In this document: positions 50,891 to 63,900 of the stretch, one piece after another
How positions within the stretch are numbered: position 1 is the stretch's first letter
Layout: the number at the start of each line of letters is the position of its first letter
Origin: Balanoglossus misakiensis
Lineage: Eukaryota; Animalia; Hemichordata
Direction: 5' to 3'
Length of the DNA: 64,000 nt
Assembly: GCA_040954595.2 (NCBI GenBank)
Contig: CM082596.2
Location: forward strand, 4,147,025 to 4,211,024
Notes under the pieces: generated by a model
The model's input: only the letters and a program-made list of their open reading frames with translations
Database searches by the model: none
Told to the model about the DNA's origin: nothing
Position numbers and translations under genes: made by a program

Positions 50891-53800
50891 TTCGCACTGC
50901 GTCACCGCCGACACCCATGCAAACTACAACCAATCGAGGGACTATGAACCAAAATAGCTAGGTAAATACTGAAGGTACGAGGGAGAGGGAGAGAAAAAAC
51001 CGACTGCGTACATGCATATATGGAAGACCATTGCAGTGTTGCTGCCAGCGTGTCTTCCAGATTTCATAAAACTCTGGCAATAAAAAAAAAAAAAACGGAC
51101 GTCCGACGGGAACTGCGATGCTTTGATTATCAGTGCATGAAGTAGCCACCACACTTTCCCTTAATAGTTAATTCTACCTCACCAAACGTGCAAAATGATA
51201 CCCAAAGTTTGCCATATACCGATGCGATATATTGTCAGTGAAATTAAAAGTTTACGAGGAAAGTCAAATTTACAGTAAAAGTTGTGCATACTTTCGACTC
51301 TTCATCTTTGCTACTTAGCTGCTGATGGGCGCCCGATCTGTTACTGTTAGAGCTGCCCATTGCTGCGGAACGTAAAACGGCCGGGAACATGATGAAAGCG
51401 CGTTAAATATTCGGCGTAGATGCACAAAAAATTATAAATATGGGCGATGTCTTTCCTCTTCCCAACACGTCAACAGCTCGTATCCCACTCAATGGTGCCA
51501 GTTCACTGAACTGCCAAGTATTGTACGGTTATTTGGAACAGTAATATGAATACATTTATCCCAAGGACCAATGCAACGGAACTTTTGATTGGGTGCGATC
51601 TAATTGGAAACGCGAACGTGTATTTTTGATCACTTTTTATTTAGTTTTAATAGAATTTATCGAGCGCTCGATCGATAACGTCGGGTGTTGAATCACGGCA
51701 GATAATTGTAATCTTTTATTCAATTAAACGTTGCGTCATATCCAGTCACCGGTGTTCGCGAAAAGAAAAAATAAATAAATTCAGTAACACCAATATACCA
51801 GACGAACAGTCCTTAAAACGTCACTTTTAAACTGGTATAATATAATACATGAACGGGTGCCACGCGTGCGCTAAATTTGTAAAACGTATCACAAGAGGGC
51901 GAACTATCCATCGAAAGTAAAGTCACAGATGCAGTGAGAAAAGTACGGTATAGCGCCAAACAGTTAACTTTATAACGAGATATAGATTTTTATTCCCTTG
52001 CATGGCCAGCTAGGTAACGTTCGATGAGAATTGAATTAAGTTCAAATTGCAATAAATACTAGTAACATCACCGGCCTCAATGTTTCATGTACGGGTGCTT
52101 GTCGATGTCCTCGTTTCGTGAGAGTTACCAAACCATCTGGTGTCACACAGCGTGACCAGGTTATGCTACACGCAATTCCACGGTTTTTTATCATTTACCA
52201 ATCTTCAATTTTAAATAGGTCTAGTGTTGATGTTATTTATGAGAACTTTTGGCCGATGAACACCAACAGCGCATAAGCTCAACGTCTTGAAATGGCACAG
52301 CCAACGACGGCTTCGTTCTGTCCATATAGTATATTTTACTGGTGTATTCGTTGCGGGCGCTATCGGGCAAATTTTTGACAAATCGTCGTTCACATGTGTT
52401 AGTAATTCACTGATAACTTTGTCTGCAAATGTGACCTGAGCTACTCTCGCTAAAATCACAAAATGTGTCTGCGGGATTTGCTGATAATCCTTGAGGCATC
52501 TCCTTTCGTGGCATAAAACTTCAAGATTACTGTGGGCCCAGGATTTTCTCAAGTGAAGAATTTCTCACTATCAACTATATGACGCACAATTTGAAGTCAA
52601 GATATTAATTTCAAATATTCGTGTTATTTCGGAATCACTTCCCTGTCGATAAATGCCGTTGATACAAGTACACGAAGTAAACACACGGTGCGTCAGAACC
52701 AGTTAGTCACTCGGGCTTTTCCCCTAAGGGAGCATCAATGTCCCGCAAAATGTGTTTTATATCCCCCGTGTTCGCCAAACTCGTTGTTGTTGTTTTTGTT
52801 CTGGTCACATGACTGCCTCACCAGTTTCAATCACCGATACAGCCTCGTAAACCGATCGAAGCAATCTTGCGAAATAATGAATCCAATTAAAGCTGAACTA
52901 ATAAGATATATTCTTTCAGAAGAAAAACAACAAAATTTGAAGGATATTGTACCCTGAACTTTGGTGTTTAAAAGTCTACGGGAAAGCGACAGTACAGAGC
53001 AGAATTACTGAAACTGTGTGGGCAGAGTAAATTGGCCATAAATTCTCTGATAGTTGCTCGTAGTGGACAGGTTATAACGAGCTTCTCAACATGAATATCT
53101 CGAAGTGGTCGTTCGCGCAGTTAGACGGGGGAGATTTTATTTCTCCAGACCGAACGCCAGAATTTTATCAACAAGCGCGATGGAAAGTCTCCGACATTTC
53201 AACGCGTGTGTCTTTTGTGTTTTTAAAAAAAGTAAACGAAAAAGAAAGAACGAAAAACCTGTCGCATTATGATCAGAACAGATGGAATTGTGGATGATGG
53301 ATGACGATGTGGACTTCTGTCGTTTGATCTGATATGCATAAGGCGTGTTTAAGTTAGTAACGCAAATACGTTATCGAGCAGAGCAGAAAACACGATGCAG
53401 GAAAAAAAGAGAACGCGACTCCGTTTCTTCAAAAGCGAAATGAACGTGACTGCTAACATTTCTGCTCATTCAAATTTATGCCGTGCATTTGGGAAAAGAA
53501 ATGTCTGATTGTCGAGGGAGTGATAACATGCGCATTAAAGGAGAAAGCCTAGATTTCAAGCGAACCTATAACCTTCTTGTTATCGCGTCTTATCTCTTAT
53601 TTTATATTGGCCATATTACATATCTCAGCCCGACTAGTCTGGTGAATCCTGAAATGACGTTTTCCAGACTGGTTGAGCTGGTGATGGTTTGACGCGTGTG
53701 TGGTGCGGCGCGCACGTCAGCATCCTTTCGGCTAGTTTTATACGGTCCCTTTTTAATGACATTGCTGTCGTGCTTTGGAGTGCTGTCTTTAATCCTGATC

Positions 53801-54326
53801 TTGTTTATTCTACTTTGGTGTCTGATTTATTCCCGGTTGTTCTGATTCTGTTTGTGGTTACGATCTCTCATTTGAGAACACGCGATCACTTACATGTAGT
53901 ATACACACCTGCCCAGACCAAGTCCCAAATCTTCTCCCGACGCCCTCTACGGAAAATCTAACGCAATACCAATATGGTGTTGTCATGGTTACACATAGTA
54001 CGTAGGGAGGAATTTAAAAAACTATCACAATGACGAATTGAAAAATGAATGTCAAAAATGAATGTCAGGATAGTTAATGACGATTCATTGTCTTCATATG
54101 ATGAGGCAAGATCAGTTGTTCTTTCATCTAATAATGATGGCCATAAATCCGCATTGATGTTTAAAAGAGAACATCTTAAAGCTTCTCTGATCCACGTAAG
54201 CGCGTAGGTTCAAGATTTCCATTTAGAGCTTAGTAAGTTTATTTATGGCTACTTCACTTATAAAAACATAAAGCTTTGCTTCGAATTTACAATTTACTAT
54301 CTTCTTTTTAACGACTTATCTTGCAG

Positions 54327-54384
54327 ACAACCACGACTGCGGCGACACAAGGACCTTTCCGACTTCGAGGCGCGGACTTAGAAA
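54327..54384 (+). ncRNA. Possible 58-nt exon of an antisense transcript
   Basis: Plus strand cttctttttaacgacttatcttgcag|ACAACC...TTAGAAA|gtgagt; GC-rich island flanked by AT-rich DNA. Confidence 0.35.
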
Positions 54385-57218
54385 GTGAGTACAAACTATA
54401 ATCCGTATGGTATATGTACTAGTATGTTTGTGATGCCAATGTTTATGACCCCAATGCAATGCACCGCATTAATGCCATACGCTATTGGGCCCCGGCCGAT
54501 TGATTGATGTATTGCTGTGTTTAGACAGCAGTGATTCCCCTACCTTCCGCTTGGTTTTGCTCGCGGAGCTGCACTGCTTGGCAGCGAGAGTTCACTGTTT
54601 CAAAGGTCCCAACACGTTGCTCTCATCGCCTGAAAGACTGAACAGTGACCCCTCAAATACCGCGGGCCATGGGTCGCCGGATCGAGCACCTCTTGTAGTA
54701 TCGAAATCCACCAATCGAGGATATTTAATAAAACTGTCGCCAGATGGTTTTCTCCTCGTGACCGAATTTTCTAAGGGGGGGGGGGGGGGGGGGGGGACGT
54801 TTACAGTTTGTGCTGAGAAGACTCAAAGAATGCGAAAACTTTATATAACATGACATCCACATTAAAATCCTGACCTAAACATGCGAGGGGACATCGATAC
54901 AACCTCTGGAAATCGTTAACAGTCCAGCAAGTCGGAATATTCACCAGGCAGACGCGTGTGGTACACACAAGGAAGGCTGTGCTTCGAATTAAAAAAACAC
55001 GAACTTCTACAAGTGAAATACTGGAGTATCTTGTGTGGCGAATTTCACCCGTGGCGTGCCGTACGACTTAATTGAGTGCATGCGAGATGTGAAGATTCTT
55101 TGAATTGTTCTACGCATGTATTTGAATGACCGCCCCGATATCAGACGCGTTTGGGAAATATAATGCCTGACACATAAAGATTAATAAGGTTATGACCAGA
55201 CATTTTGATTGAAACATCATTAAATTATGAATTTCTGTATGAGTGGAATCCCCAGATTGAAGGCCAGCGGATGCGACGTGTTGACAATAATCATTCAAGC
55301 GATGAAGTCGAATTGTTTTGCGTGATTTAAGTTATTCCTCCCGTGTTCGGCAAACTACAAATCCGTATTACATAGTCGATTGTTTGAGCTTTCCCCTATG
55401 TTGCAGACATAACATTTAAAATCTCCCATGGCGCTGGTTCTTGGTCCATAGAGTTTGAGCTGAGCTGTAATTGTACTGAGCAGGCAAACGACGCCAAATA
55501 ACATCATAACCTAAGCAATGTCAAATCCTAGCCATAATATTTAATAAGGTAGATCGTCGAGAACTCCCTAATAATAGGTTACGATAGGTTTCAAATTCTA
55601 CAATAATTACATATAGTTTAACTAACAATTAAATACAGAAGGTCAACGAGTTCTTCGTGTGATTATTGGCTTTTTAATTCAAGGGACGCGAAAAGACGGG
55701 TGCGGGGATCTTGTTTCTGTATAGTGCCACCCATCCCCGCGTGGCTATGATGAAACCAACTTAAAGTTATAGATGGGTTCTTTGCGAAAATTAACAGTTT
55801 CTTTGATTGGCGAGCTATGGTCCATTCTCAAACGTTGTTGTAATACCACTACGAGCGCGTATACAATTAACTTCATTCAAGAAAACAAACTTCTAAAGTT
55901 CCCAGGATATTCACAATACTGTCGCCAGGATCATTTTCTAAATGACCCTGGTAAATTAACGCGAAAACATTTTCATGGAGTAATGAAAACGTACGTATGC
56001 ATTTAATTCAATATTTAAAAAACGGTTTAAGCAGTACTTCTGGCAGTAATAGTGTGGTTGAAAGCGCCGACTGGGAATATTTGTAACCTTTTCAGTCGGG
56101 ATCACCCGAGTGATTAATGTATAAAGACTTGAAATGTCGGATTTTATTAGATTTAACGCTCCGATACACCAGATTACTTCAATGATAAATATTTTCTAGC
56201 CCTGCTTACGATTTTTGTCATGACTCACGGCTTGAGACTGGTAGAGACTTTATTAACAATCTGGAACTATAGAGGCCAATTATGCGCCAATTATGGGATG
56301 GGTGTTGCAATAAACGCGGAATACGTGCAAGGTCTCGTCATTGATGCGTAAGAAAATTGTGCAACCCGACCGGCCTCAGTTCTTTCCCGGGCCCGGTGAC
56401 TGTTACAGATGGTGTAAGCGGTTTGTTTCTTGGTTTAATCTTGCACGAGTTTCAAAGCTTTGATTTGTATGCAACAAGGTAACCACGAAAGAAGTGCGCG
56501 CGTTGTATCAGAGATCCTCGAGAGAGAAAGCCCAATTGGTTGTTTTTTAATTGTAAACGATAACAAATGTCACTTTCAGGGAAAGTGGACGTTTTTGTGT
56601 TGACGATTTTTCTGCTTTGGTTTCTGTATCTTTTGTTGGTTGTTTTGTTTGCAATAACTATTAGTACTAGTTGTGAGCTTCTTTGTTTGGCATATGATTC
56701 CTCAACTACTCAGCAATGAGTATGATTCTTGTCAATGACCACGAATGATTGAATGGTGGGGGAGGGATTCAAACGACCCCAAATAATATATTAGTACACA
56801 TCCGAGTAAATGTTTTGGCCATAAATAGCAACACATACGCTCGAACGTAAAGCGGATCCCGAACTTTGACAAGGAACTCATAAATAACCGACTTCACCAA
56901 CAAAGTGTGAAAATATCCAATTGCTGTAAACGTTCGATCGAATGATATAGGTCATGAATTATAATTTTGACTTCAAGATCGTCATTGGCAATGACCTTGT
57001 CAGAAACTGAACACAATATTTGGTCGCCCGCTCGCTTTTAGTATGTCGATCTGCGCACCGATTTTATCATTTTATAGTGGTAAATTTTCGCCTGCCCGAC
57101 TTGCAGTGACTTCGCCTTCAACCGCGGTAAACAACAGAAAACATAAGTACATATTATATATACAGAAAGCAAGCACACATATATTTGTAAGAAAGGGCAT
57201 AAACGAAGATGTACCTAC

Positions 57219-57278
57219 CTGTCGCTTTGCAAAAATTGATCCCATGCTCCAGTGAAGTCCCTTCCGCATCGACGGCAT
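57219..57278 (-). CDS. Candidate main first coding exon (MPSMRKGLHWS-MGSIFAKRQ), phase 0
   Basis: Three in-frame ATGs, the last in optimal context AGCATGG; donor CAG|gtaggt; joins in frame to the 49826-49912 exon. Confidence 0.55.
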
Positions 57279-57299
57279 CGCTGTCTTCTATTTTGGTCC

Positions 57300-57950
57300 A
57301 CAGCAGACTAGATCTTCACTGACCAACCACTCTGTCGAGCTGTTCAGCTTCCAATAAAACCGGGTTATGCAAATTCCCGTGGATTTGCGGAGAACGCACA
57401 GAAAAATCAGCGCTCTGTCGTCGAGTGGCGAAAAAAAATCTCGATCTCTGCTCCGCCCGGATAAGTGACTGTTCGTATGCGGAGCGCGTTACGTTGAAGA
57501 GTAGGTGCTCCGGGCGAGACTGTCGCGTAATTGGAAATGCAAGCGTTTCGCGGGCGAGAGTTGTGTCGGCGATTGATGTCTGTAAATGTAGTCTAATGCA
57601 ATGAAATTCCATCCATCACGACAAAACTTACACCCCGACAAAACGTCAGATAAGCCGCGTGTCCTTGGTAATGCTTGAGACGCGCAGAAAAATATTCCGA
57701 CGTTAGCGGAGGTCGTTCACTCACGATCTCGACCGGGAGACGGCACCCGGACGCTCTGCCGAGCCGCTTGTGCACCGCTATGTTCAACAGCACAAAGTGT
57801 TCAAAAATGTACGCTGAGAAAGGGTCGCTTGGGACAACTGAACCACCCGTGCGATTACTCAGGAGGCAGTCAGCGAACTGGACAACGAACATCACAAAGT
57901 ACGTTCAAATATCGTTAAAAAGTTGTGTACACTTATCGATGCTTCCTCAA
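57300..57950 (-). promoter_or_regulatory. CpG-dense putative main promoter / 5'UTR region
   Basis: Among the most CpG/GC-dense stretches in the window; CCAAT, octamer ATGCAAAT (57367-57374), CCGCCC; additional donor ATC|gtgagt at 57724-57723. Confidence 0.5.
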
Positions 57951-60900
57951 TCGCGCTGCATAGTGTCAGTCGTATAAACAAGCACCGTGACCAAGGCCAG
58001 CCTATTAGAAACGCTATCCGAAAGACATACCGACTGGATAAAAAATTAAAGACCTAAGTATCAGTGCATTTAACTCGAGCCTTGTCTCAGAACATTCTGA
58101 GGAGGACATACGTCTCCATTTGGGCGACGCACGCACAATTAGATAAATAGCCCTGGTAAAAAAATTCCTGGTAGCTGTCAACGCTGTTTGCGCAAAAAAC
58201 ACGATTTAAAGCGGGCCACCTCTAAAATGGGGAATGTTGATCCTGAAAACGACACCGTCCAATCAGACTGGTTTTGGAAACACCGAAACTCATCTTACAA
58301 TTTGCGTATAATTTCTATAAACTCCAATTGTTTCATTTTATCGGGCACACATAAAGTTTTACAAGTAATGCATTGCCAGCACTTGGTGTTCAACTTTGTT
58401 ATGATCATCGACCTATTAAACATTTATACATCTTTCTAATTTATAGCAAATTCTATCCGACTATTTTAAGGCCTTTTCCCGTTTTCTATTTTAATGTTAT
58501 CAGTTACGGAGTATCATACTCAAAGACTAGAGAGCTTTACCCATCAACAACTCGTTGTACGTGTACCCTTTCATGCGCTCGGTTGTCTCTTGAGGGCGCA
58601 GCTTCAACAAAAGTCATTTGTACCTATGAAAACTTCTCCTAAGTTCACCACAGTGTGGTTTTGTCAAGATTTCATTCCATTATTCTCACCACCAAATCAT
58701 GTTCAATGGACCCTTAGTGAATGAAAAATTAAACTGTTATGAAACGCCGCCATTTTGGGTCATGTGCCTCTTTTGGCCATGCAAGTTGCCGAGCGCGGTG
58801 ATGGCTTTTCGTATGCAATAAGCGCACAGTATTAGTGTCGTGGGATCAAACGACTGAGGCAATGTTCGTGTCAATACAACCAGCTTTAGGTAAAATCACT
58901 AGGAATAACTACATTTGAGAAGGGCACAGGTCATCACCATTCTCATTATTGGGACAGCCAAATGATGTTTCATGGCAAAACATTGCAAAGCGAACCATCT
59001 GAATTGGCTTATCCAAACAACTCAAGGCGAAAATTTCCCCTCATATATAACACTATATAACTATGCACAGTGTTGAGTAATATGTTTTCTTGCGCAGAAA
59101 AATCAAATTCGATCCCGGGAATTTAAAATACCTACTAAGATCATTTCGGAGACTTTACAATCGCCTCCGTGTCCTACGCTAGTAGAAGCGCAGATCGCTG
59201 CTTGAAATACCAAGAGCGCCACCTTTCACTTTTTGATACGGGGAAAAAATTGTCAAGTGCGCCCTCAAGCGAAGTAAAGTCAATATGTAAACGTGATTTA
59301 TGTTGCCATGACTACAGCTTCCCCGATTTATATTAAAACTCCTCTCACCCAAGAAGAGTATTTTCTCAGAATTAATAACAAGAAATAGCTTTACCACTAG
59401 CAGTAATTACATTGCAATTACCACCGGCGGGTTTGATTATGGAAACTAATAACACAAGTGTTATTAATAATTGCCAAGTTTGTGTATTATTCAACGTAAA
59501 TCAAAGTACATGTATATTAATGAATAGTCACAGTGACTGAATAGATGAAATTAATATTATTGTAGACAAGGAAAATTGAACTATGAAAATAATTGTTTAA
59601 TCCAAAATGGCGGATATGCAAATGACTAAATGACGTTGATAAATTGTCTGTAGCTATGCATCTGTTCTTGAAGTTTATATGAAATTATGTTTCCATTAGG
59701 AATGTATAAATTAAGGGGAAACACCCACAGGGATGCATATTTAACAAAGGACGCGGACAACAAGGGTATGTTTGATCAAATGTCTGAAAGAACCATTGAA
59801 ATGTGCCAGAGGCGTGTGGGACCACCAATCAATACGTCATCCGGAGTTAATGCGACTGTGCCTCTAATTCCAACCGACAGAAATTCGAGTATCATGGAAA
59901 ATAATTGATGACCCCAATGACCTGTTCATCAAATGTACCTGCATTCACCGTCACGTGTTTAATTTCCCATGCACCCAACGCGAACTGCCAGGTTCGTTTT
60001 GTATACCACCATTTCTTAACGAGGAGATAATTTAATCGTCTGACCACACGAGCGATGGAGAAAAAAACAAAGGAAATGCCACCTGTCAAATTCGTTAGTC
60101 AAGCATCAAAATGAGTCAATTTTGGGAGTATACACGGGTTGATGCTTTGACCTTGGGCTGCACACCCCCGTATTGGAATATGAGGAGTACCCCCGGGTTT
60201 GAAACAACTGATGCATACGCAATGCCAGTATTTCTATTAAAATGTGTGTGATTGTATTCCCCTGTCAAGACAACTGTCGGTGATGGAGGTCTGCCACAGG
60301 CAAACAACTGTCTCCACTGACGTAAACACACACGAGAAAAAATCTTATCGTTGAACATTTTAGACATGGCTTGACATGCCCAAGAGTGGGCAGCATTTTA
60401 CAAATTACTTCTGTGAGGGGATATAGTGGGCAGTACGTTCCGTTTGTTTTAAATGCGAATGTCTGGAGTTGCAAACATAGAATCGATGATGCTTGTTCAA
60501 AACGGGTAATTAGGTAATGATTATGCAATCACACAGAGCACGTAGGCTCATCAATGTATTATATCTCCCGTCTACTGTTGATCATACCACAATGATGAAT
60601 TCGTGCCATCACACACAGTAACGATCTAGAACACATTGTGGATAATTGGAGCACACACGTGCAATATTCCGCCGTGTCTCAAGCGCACCATCGATCACGA
60701 AACAACATGTTTGCGATCAGGACAGTCGCCAACCCATCGAGAATGGCCAGTCCTCGAGTGAATAATTTTATAGTGCGCATGGCGGCGTATACGTCTCATG
60801 TTATTTATAGCGACTACGAGTTACGCCGTTCTGTGGAACTGTACGCGAATTATTCATTAAATGACATTTGGACCGGTGTAAGTCAATTAAAGCTGGGGGG

Positions 60901-63900
60901 AAACGCGGGCACCTGAAACGAGCCGGAGCTGTTTCATTATTGAGCTCGAGAATAAAATAAAATAAAATGTACAGGACAATTTTATACGTAATATCATCAG
61001 GTGGAAAAATTGTACTTGTAGCGGGATTTATTTCACAACCTTAATATTTTCTGCAACTTGTCGTTTTCCTCAGAGATGCTAACGCTGATGAGGCATCACA
61101 TCTAAAAGGAATTTCTTGCGGCTCTTCCCGACAAGTGACGTCATCCGCGGTAGCCAAGGCAACCTTCAAATAATGAAGTTTACATATCACAAGAGATGCA
61201 TAAATTCTTTATATATTATTCATTGAAGCGAAACCGCCAGAAGATTACTGAAGGAAGAATTTCATCTAATTTCCACGCTTGCCGTACACCGCTAATAACG
61301 CTCAACATTAAATCCAAATGACTATCAGTAATACTCGTTACATTCTCTAAATAGCCATAAATAACACTAACCATTTTGTCTAATAATTTACCATGTGAAA
61401 GACATGGTCATATAGCATTAATGTTAAGATCTGATGGTATTATATACCTCAGTCATGCGTGATGAAGATGAACCTCTTTGTTAAGCCAGTTGATGTATCG
61501 TGGTCTGTCTGTCTGTCGAAAGTGTTTAATAATTCCAGAAGATGCAACGAGAGTAATGACGTATTTAGCTGGCAGAGATCAATTAGTAAGCTTCAGAAAA
61601 GATTCGGCGAACGCTACAACCTGTTGATTTTGACAGTTTTATATATATGCAAATTTTCACTGGGTGGCCACACGAAAAAAATGTGCTACCGGGAGATTAA
61701 GACACGCCCTTTTAACCATATATGGCATGTGTTAATTAGAAGTGATTGTATTCCTTTTTGATGACCTGGCTGGTGTATATTCACCAAAGAAACTCTCGCC
61801 GGAGACTTTTTTCTGCAAGTGACAATGCTAGTGCGGCTACAATATTATCCAACTTTACTCAAGTATGCATTCAAGCGCTGTTACATTAGATTTCAAATTC
61901 TATAATGCTGAGACGACGGAGTGCCCACGTCACTGGCTCTTATCCCAAGGGGAGTCCCACTGACGTAATCACCCTCGCGCTGTCGATAAATCTTTCAAAA
62001 AGAAGACGGACGAAATGACCTTTTCGCCATCAATTTCAAAAAATGACGTACTGCCGACCTAGCGTATATGTCGGTGTCGATTTTCGTCTCTTGTGAATTT
62101 ATCGTAAGTCATTTAATGCATGATTGTCGATCTCTGAGTATCACGTTGTGCTGTACATGTTCATCAATGACGAGCCTTGAGATTTGTCATATCAGGGATT
62201 CTAGCTGCCTGTGTGCTATCCATTACAGATAAACATGGGGCTCCTCAGACTGTCATTTGCCTACCTGTGCATTCTATATCTCGCAAATAAACTCTCGATT
62301 CGTTTTCGACATTAAAAGCAAGAGCATGGTTTCAAATGGGCAAGTAATAGCCAGCGAGGTCGTATAGCTTTAAAATTGGCAATTCGTAACCTCACAATAT
62401 TGGTGGGGTGGGCGTCGCTTGGATTGCACAGATTACTCGATTGAGCGTCCGTTCACGGAGATGTTTTGTACGAAGCGTGACGTCATCCACTCGCCACCCT
62501 ACTTGCAGATTTCTGAGCAACGAGTCCTTTAACCTTAGCAAGCTGTTCAAGTCGCATAATTATAAAAGAAAGGGAAAGGGCTCCTGCGATCGATATCACG
62601 TTGCCACCTTGATAGACTCCGCGGTGCGTTCTCTACAACAGGATATATCGGATCAATTCAACGCTTTCTCCGGTAATCCCAGACAATGCAAAAAAACTAT
62701 ATTTATCTTCTTAATACCATCCCTCTGCTATAATGGCGCGTTGTATACGTCTTGTCAACCAGTGAATTAGAAAAGGTCATGTCGTGAGAGCAGAAATCCC
62801 GGAGATCTTCGGTTGTCATGGAAACGATCGTGCTTATTTGTGCTCTATGGAAATATGTTTCCGTCCCCGGAATGGGTGAATTAAAAACAGTCACTGAAGG
62901 GTAGCGGCGTTGAAAACAACGTCAGCGTGAATTGGGTATCTTGTCTCCGTTGTTTTGTACATTTTAGTGTGCTTCGATCTGTACATCGCCGGTACGCAAT
63001 GCAGACTGACAGAACAGCAAGCAAGCCCGAGTAATGGACACTAAATAGATATATTGCGTTAGTGATGCGTAATCGAATCAAAGTAATCGTTTCCAATCAT
63101 CTCGATTGTAATGATTTGACACGAAGAGCGGCATTAAAGTCAACGTGTACTGTTTTTATCTTCAGATGGTGCTGAAATTAGTCCGTCTGTAAACCCGCAT
63201 CCATCATTAAAAGACGTCTAGACTGCTTTGTAGAGTGTATAAGATGCAGATAACTAGAAATGTTGTAGAGGAGGGGGTGACTAGAGCCGTACATGTTCAA
63301 GCGAGCCTCTGACCAGGCTGCGTATACTTTTAAAGTGATCAATGAACTAAAACTGCAACAGCCAATATGGCTGATTTCTGAAGTTAACATAAAATAAAAG
63401 GTACATCTTAAGCATTGCGCTCGATGCAATTATGGGTCTTGTGTTTGAGAACTGACGTATGTTATAAAACCGTATCATCTCTCCTGTTCAAACTCAATTA
63501 TTTGGATCAATAACAGCTACTCAGAAGATAACTACCCTACCTCGCACATCTACCTAGGCTATTTTTAGTGCATTGTTGATGCGATCATATACTGTTATGT
63601 CTTAAGGCGAATTTGATGTACGTAAATTTCAATTTCTGAAACACGGTTTTCTCTCCCGTTTTCAAACGTGGTGAACCGTATTGTCCCCATTCCTGGAATA
63701 CAGGCAATCTGAAAGAGCCTGCATTAGATTTATTGTTGAGCACCTGAACACCGCCTGCGGCACTTTAGATCAACTACCTCCTTCTTCCCACCGCCATTGT
63801 GATTTCTATTTTGCTGAAGCGGAAGTAAACTCCATGCTGTCCAGAAGGTACGGGAAGTACTCTGACACGCATGCGTACATGTCCACAGTATCAATTTGCC

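Noticed and set aside
51021-51059. TGGAAGAC...GTCTTCCA hairpin resembling miR-7, with CAGTGT resembling an iron-responsive element loop
   Set aside because: Too short to hold a 22-nt duplex plus loop; bases flanking CAGTGT do not form the IRE upper stem.
28593-54796. Poly-G runs at 28593-28608, 44305-44322 and 54775-54796 as G-quadruplex elements
   Set aside because: Simple homopolymers, common and length-unreliable in assemblies; no supporting context.
57316-57612. TGA readthrough or selenocysteine joining the 98-aa ORF to the downstream open frame
   Set aside because: No SECIS or readthrough context visible; long open frames are expected in GC-rich promoter DNA.
61396-61407. miR-71-like TGAAAGACATGG
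   Set aside because: Match ends after 12 nt and no precursor hairpin is present.
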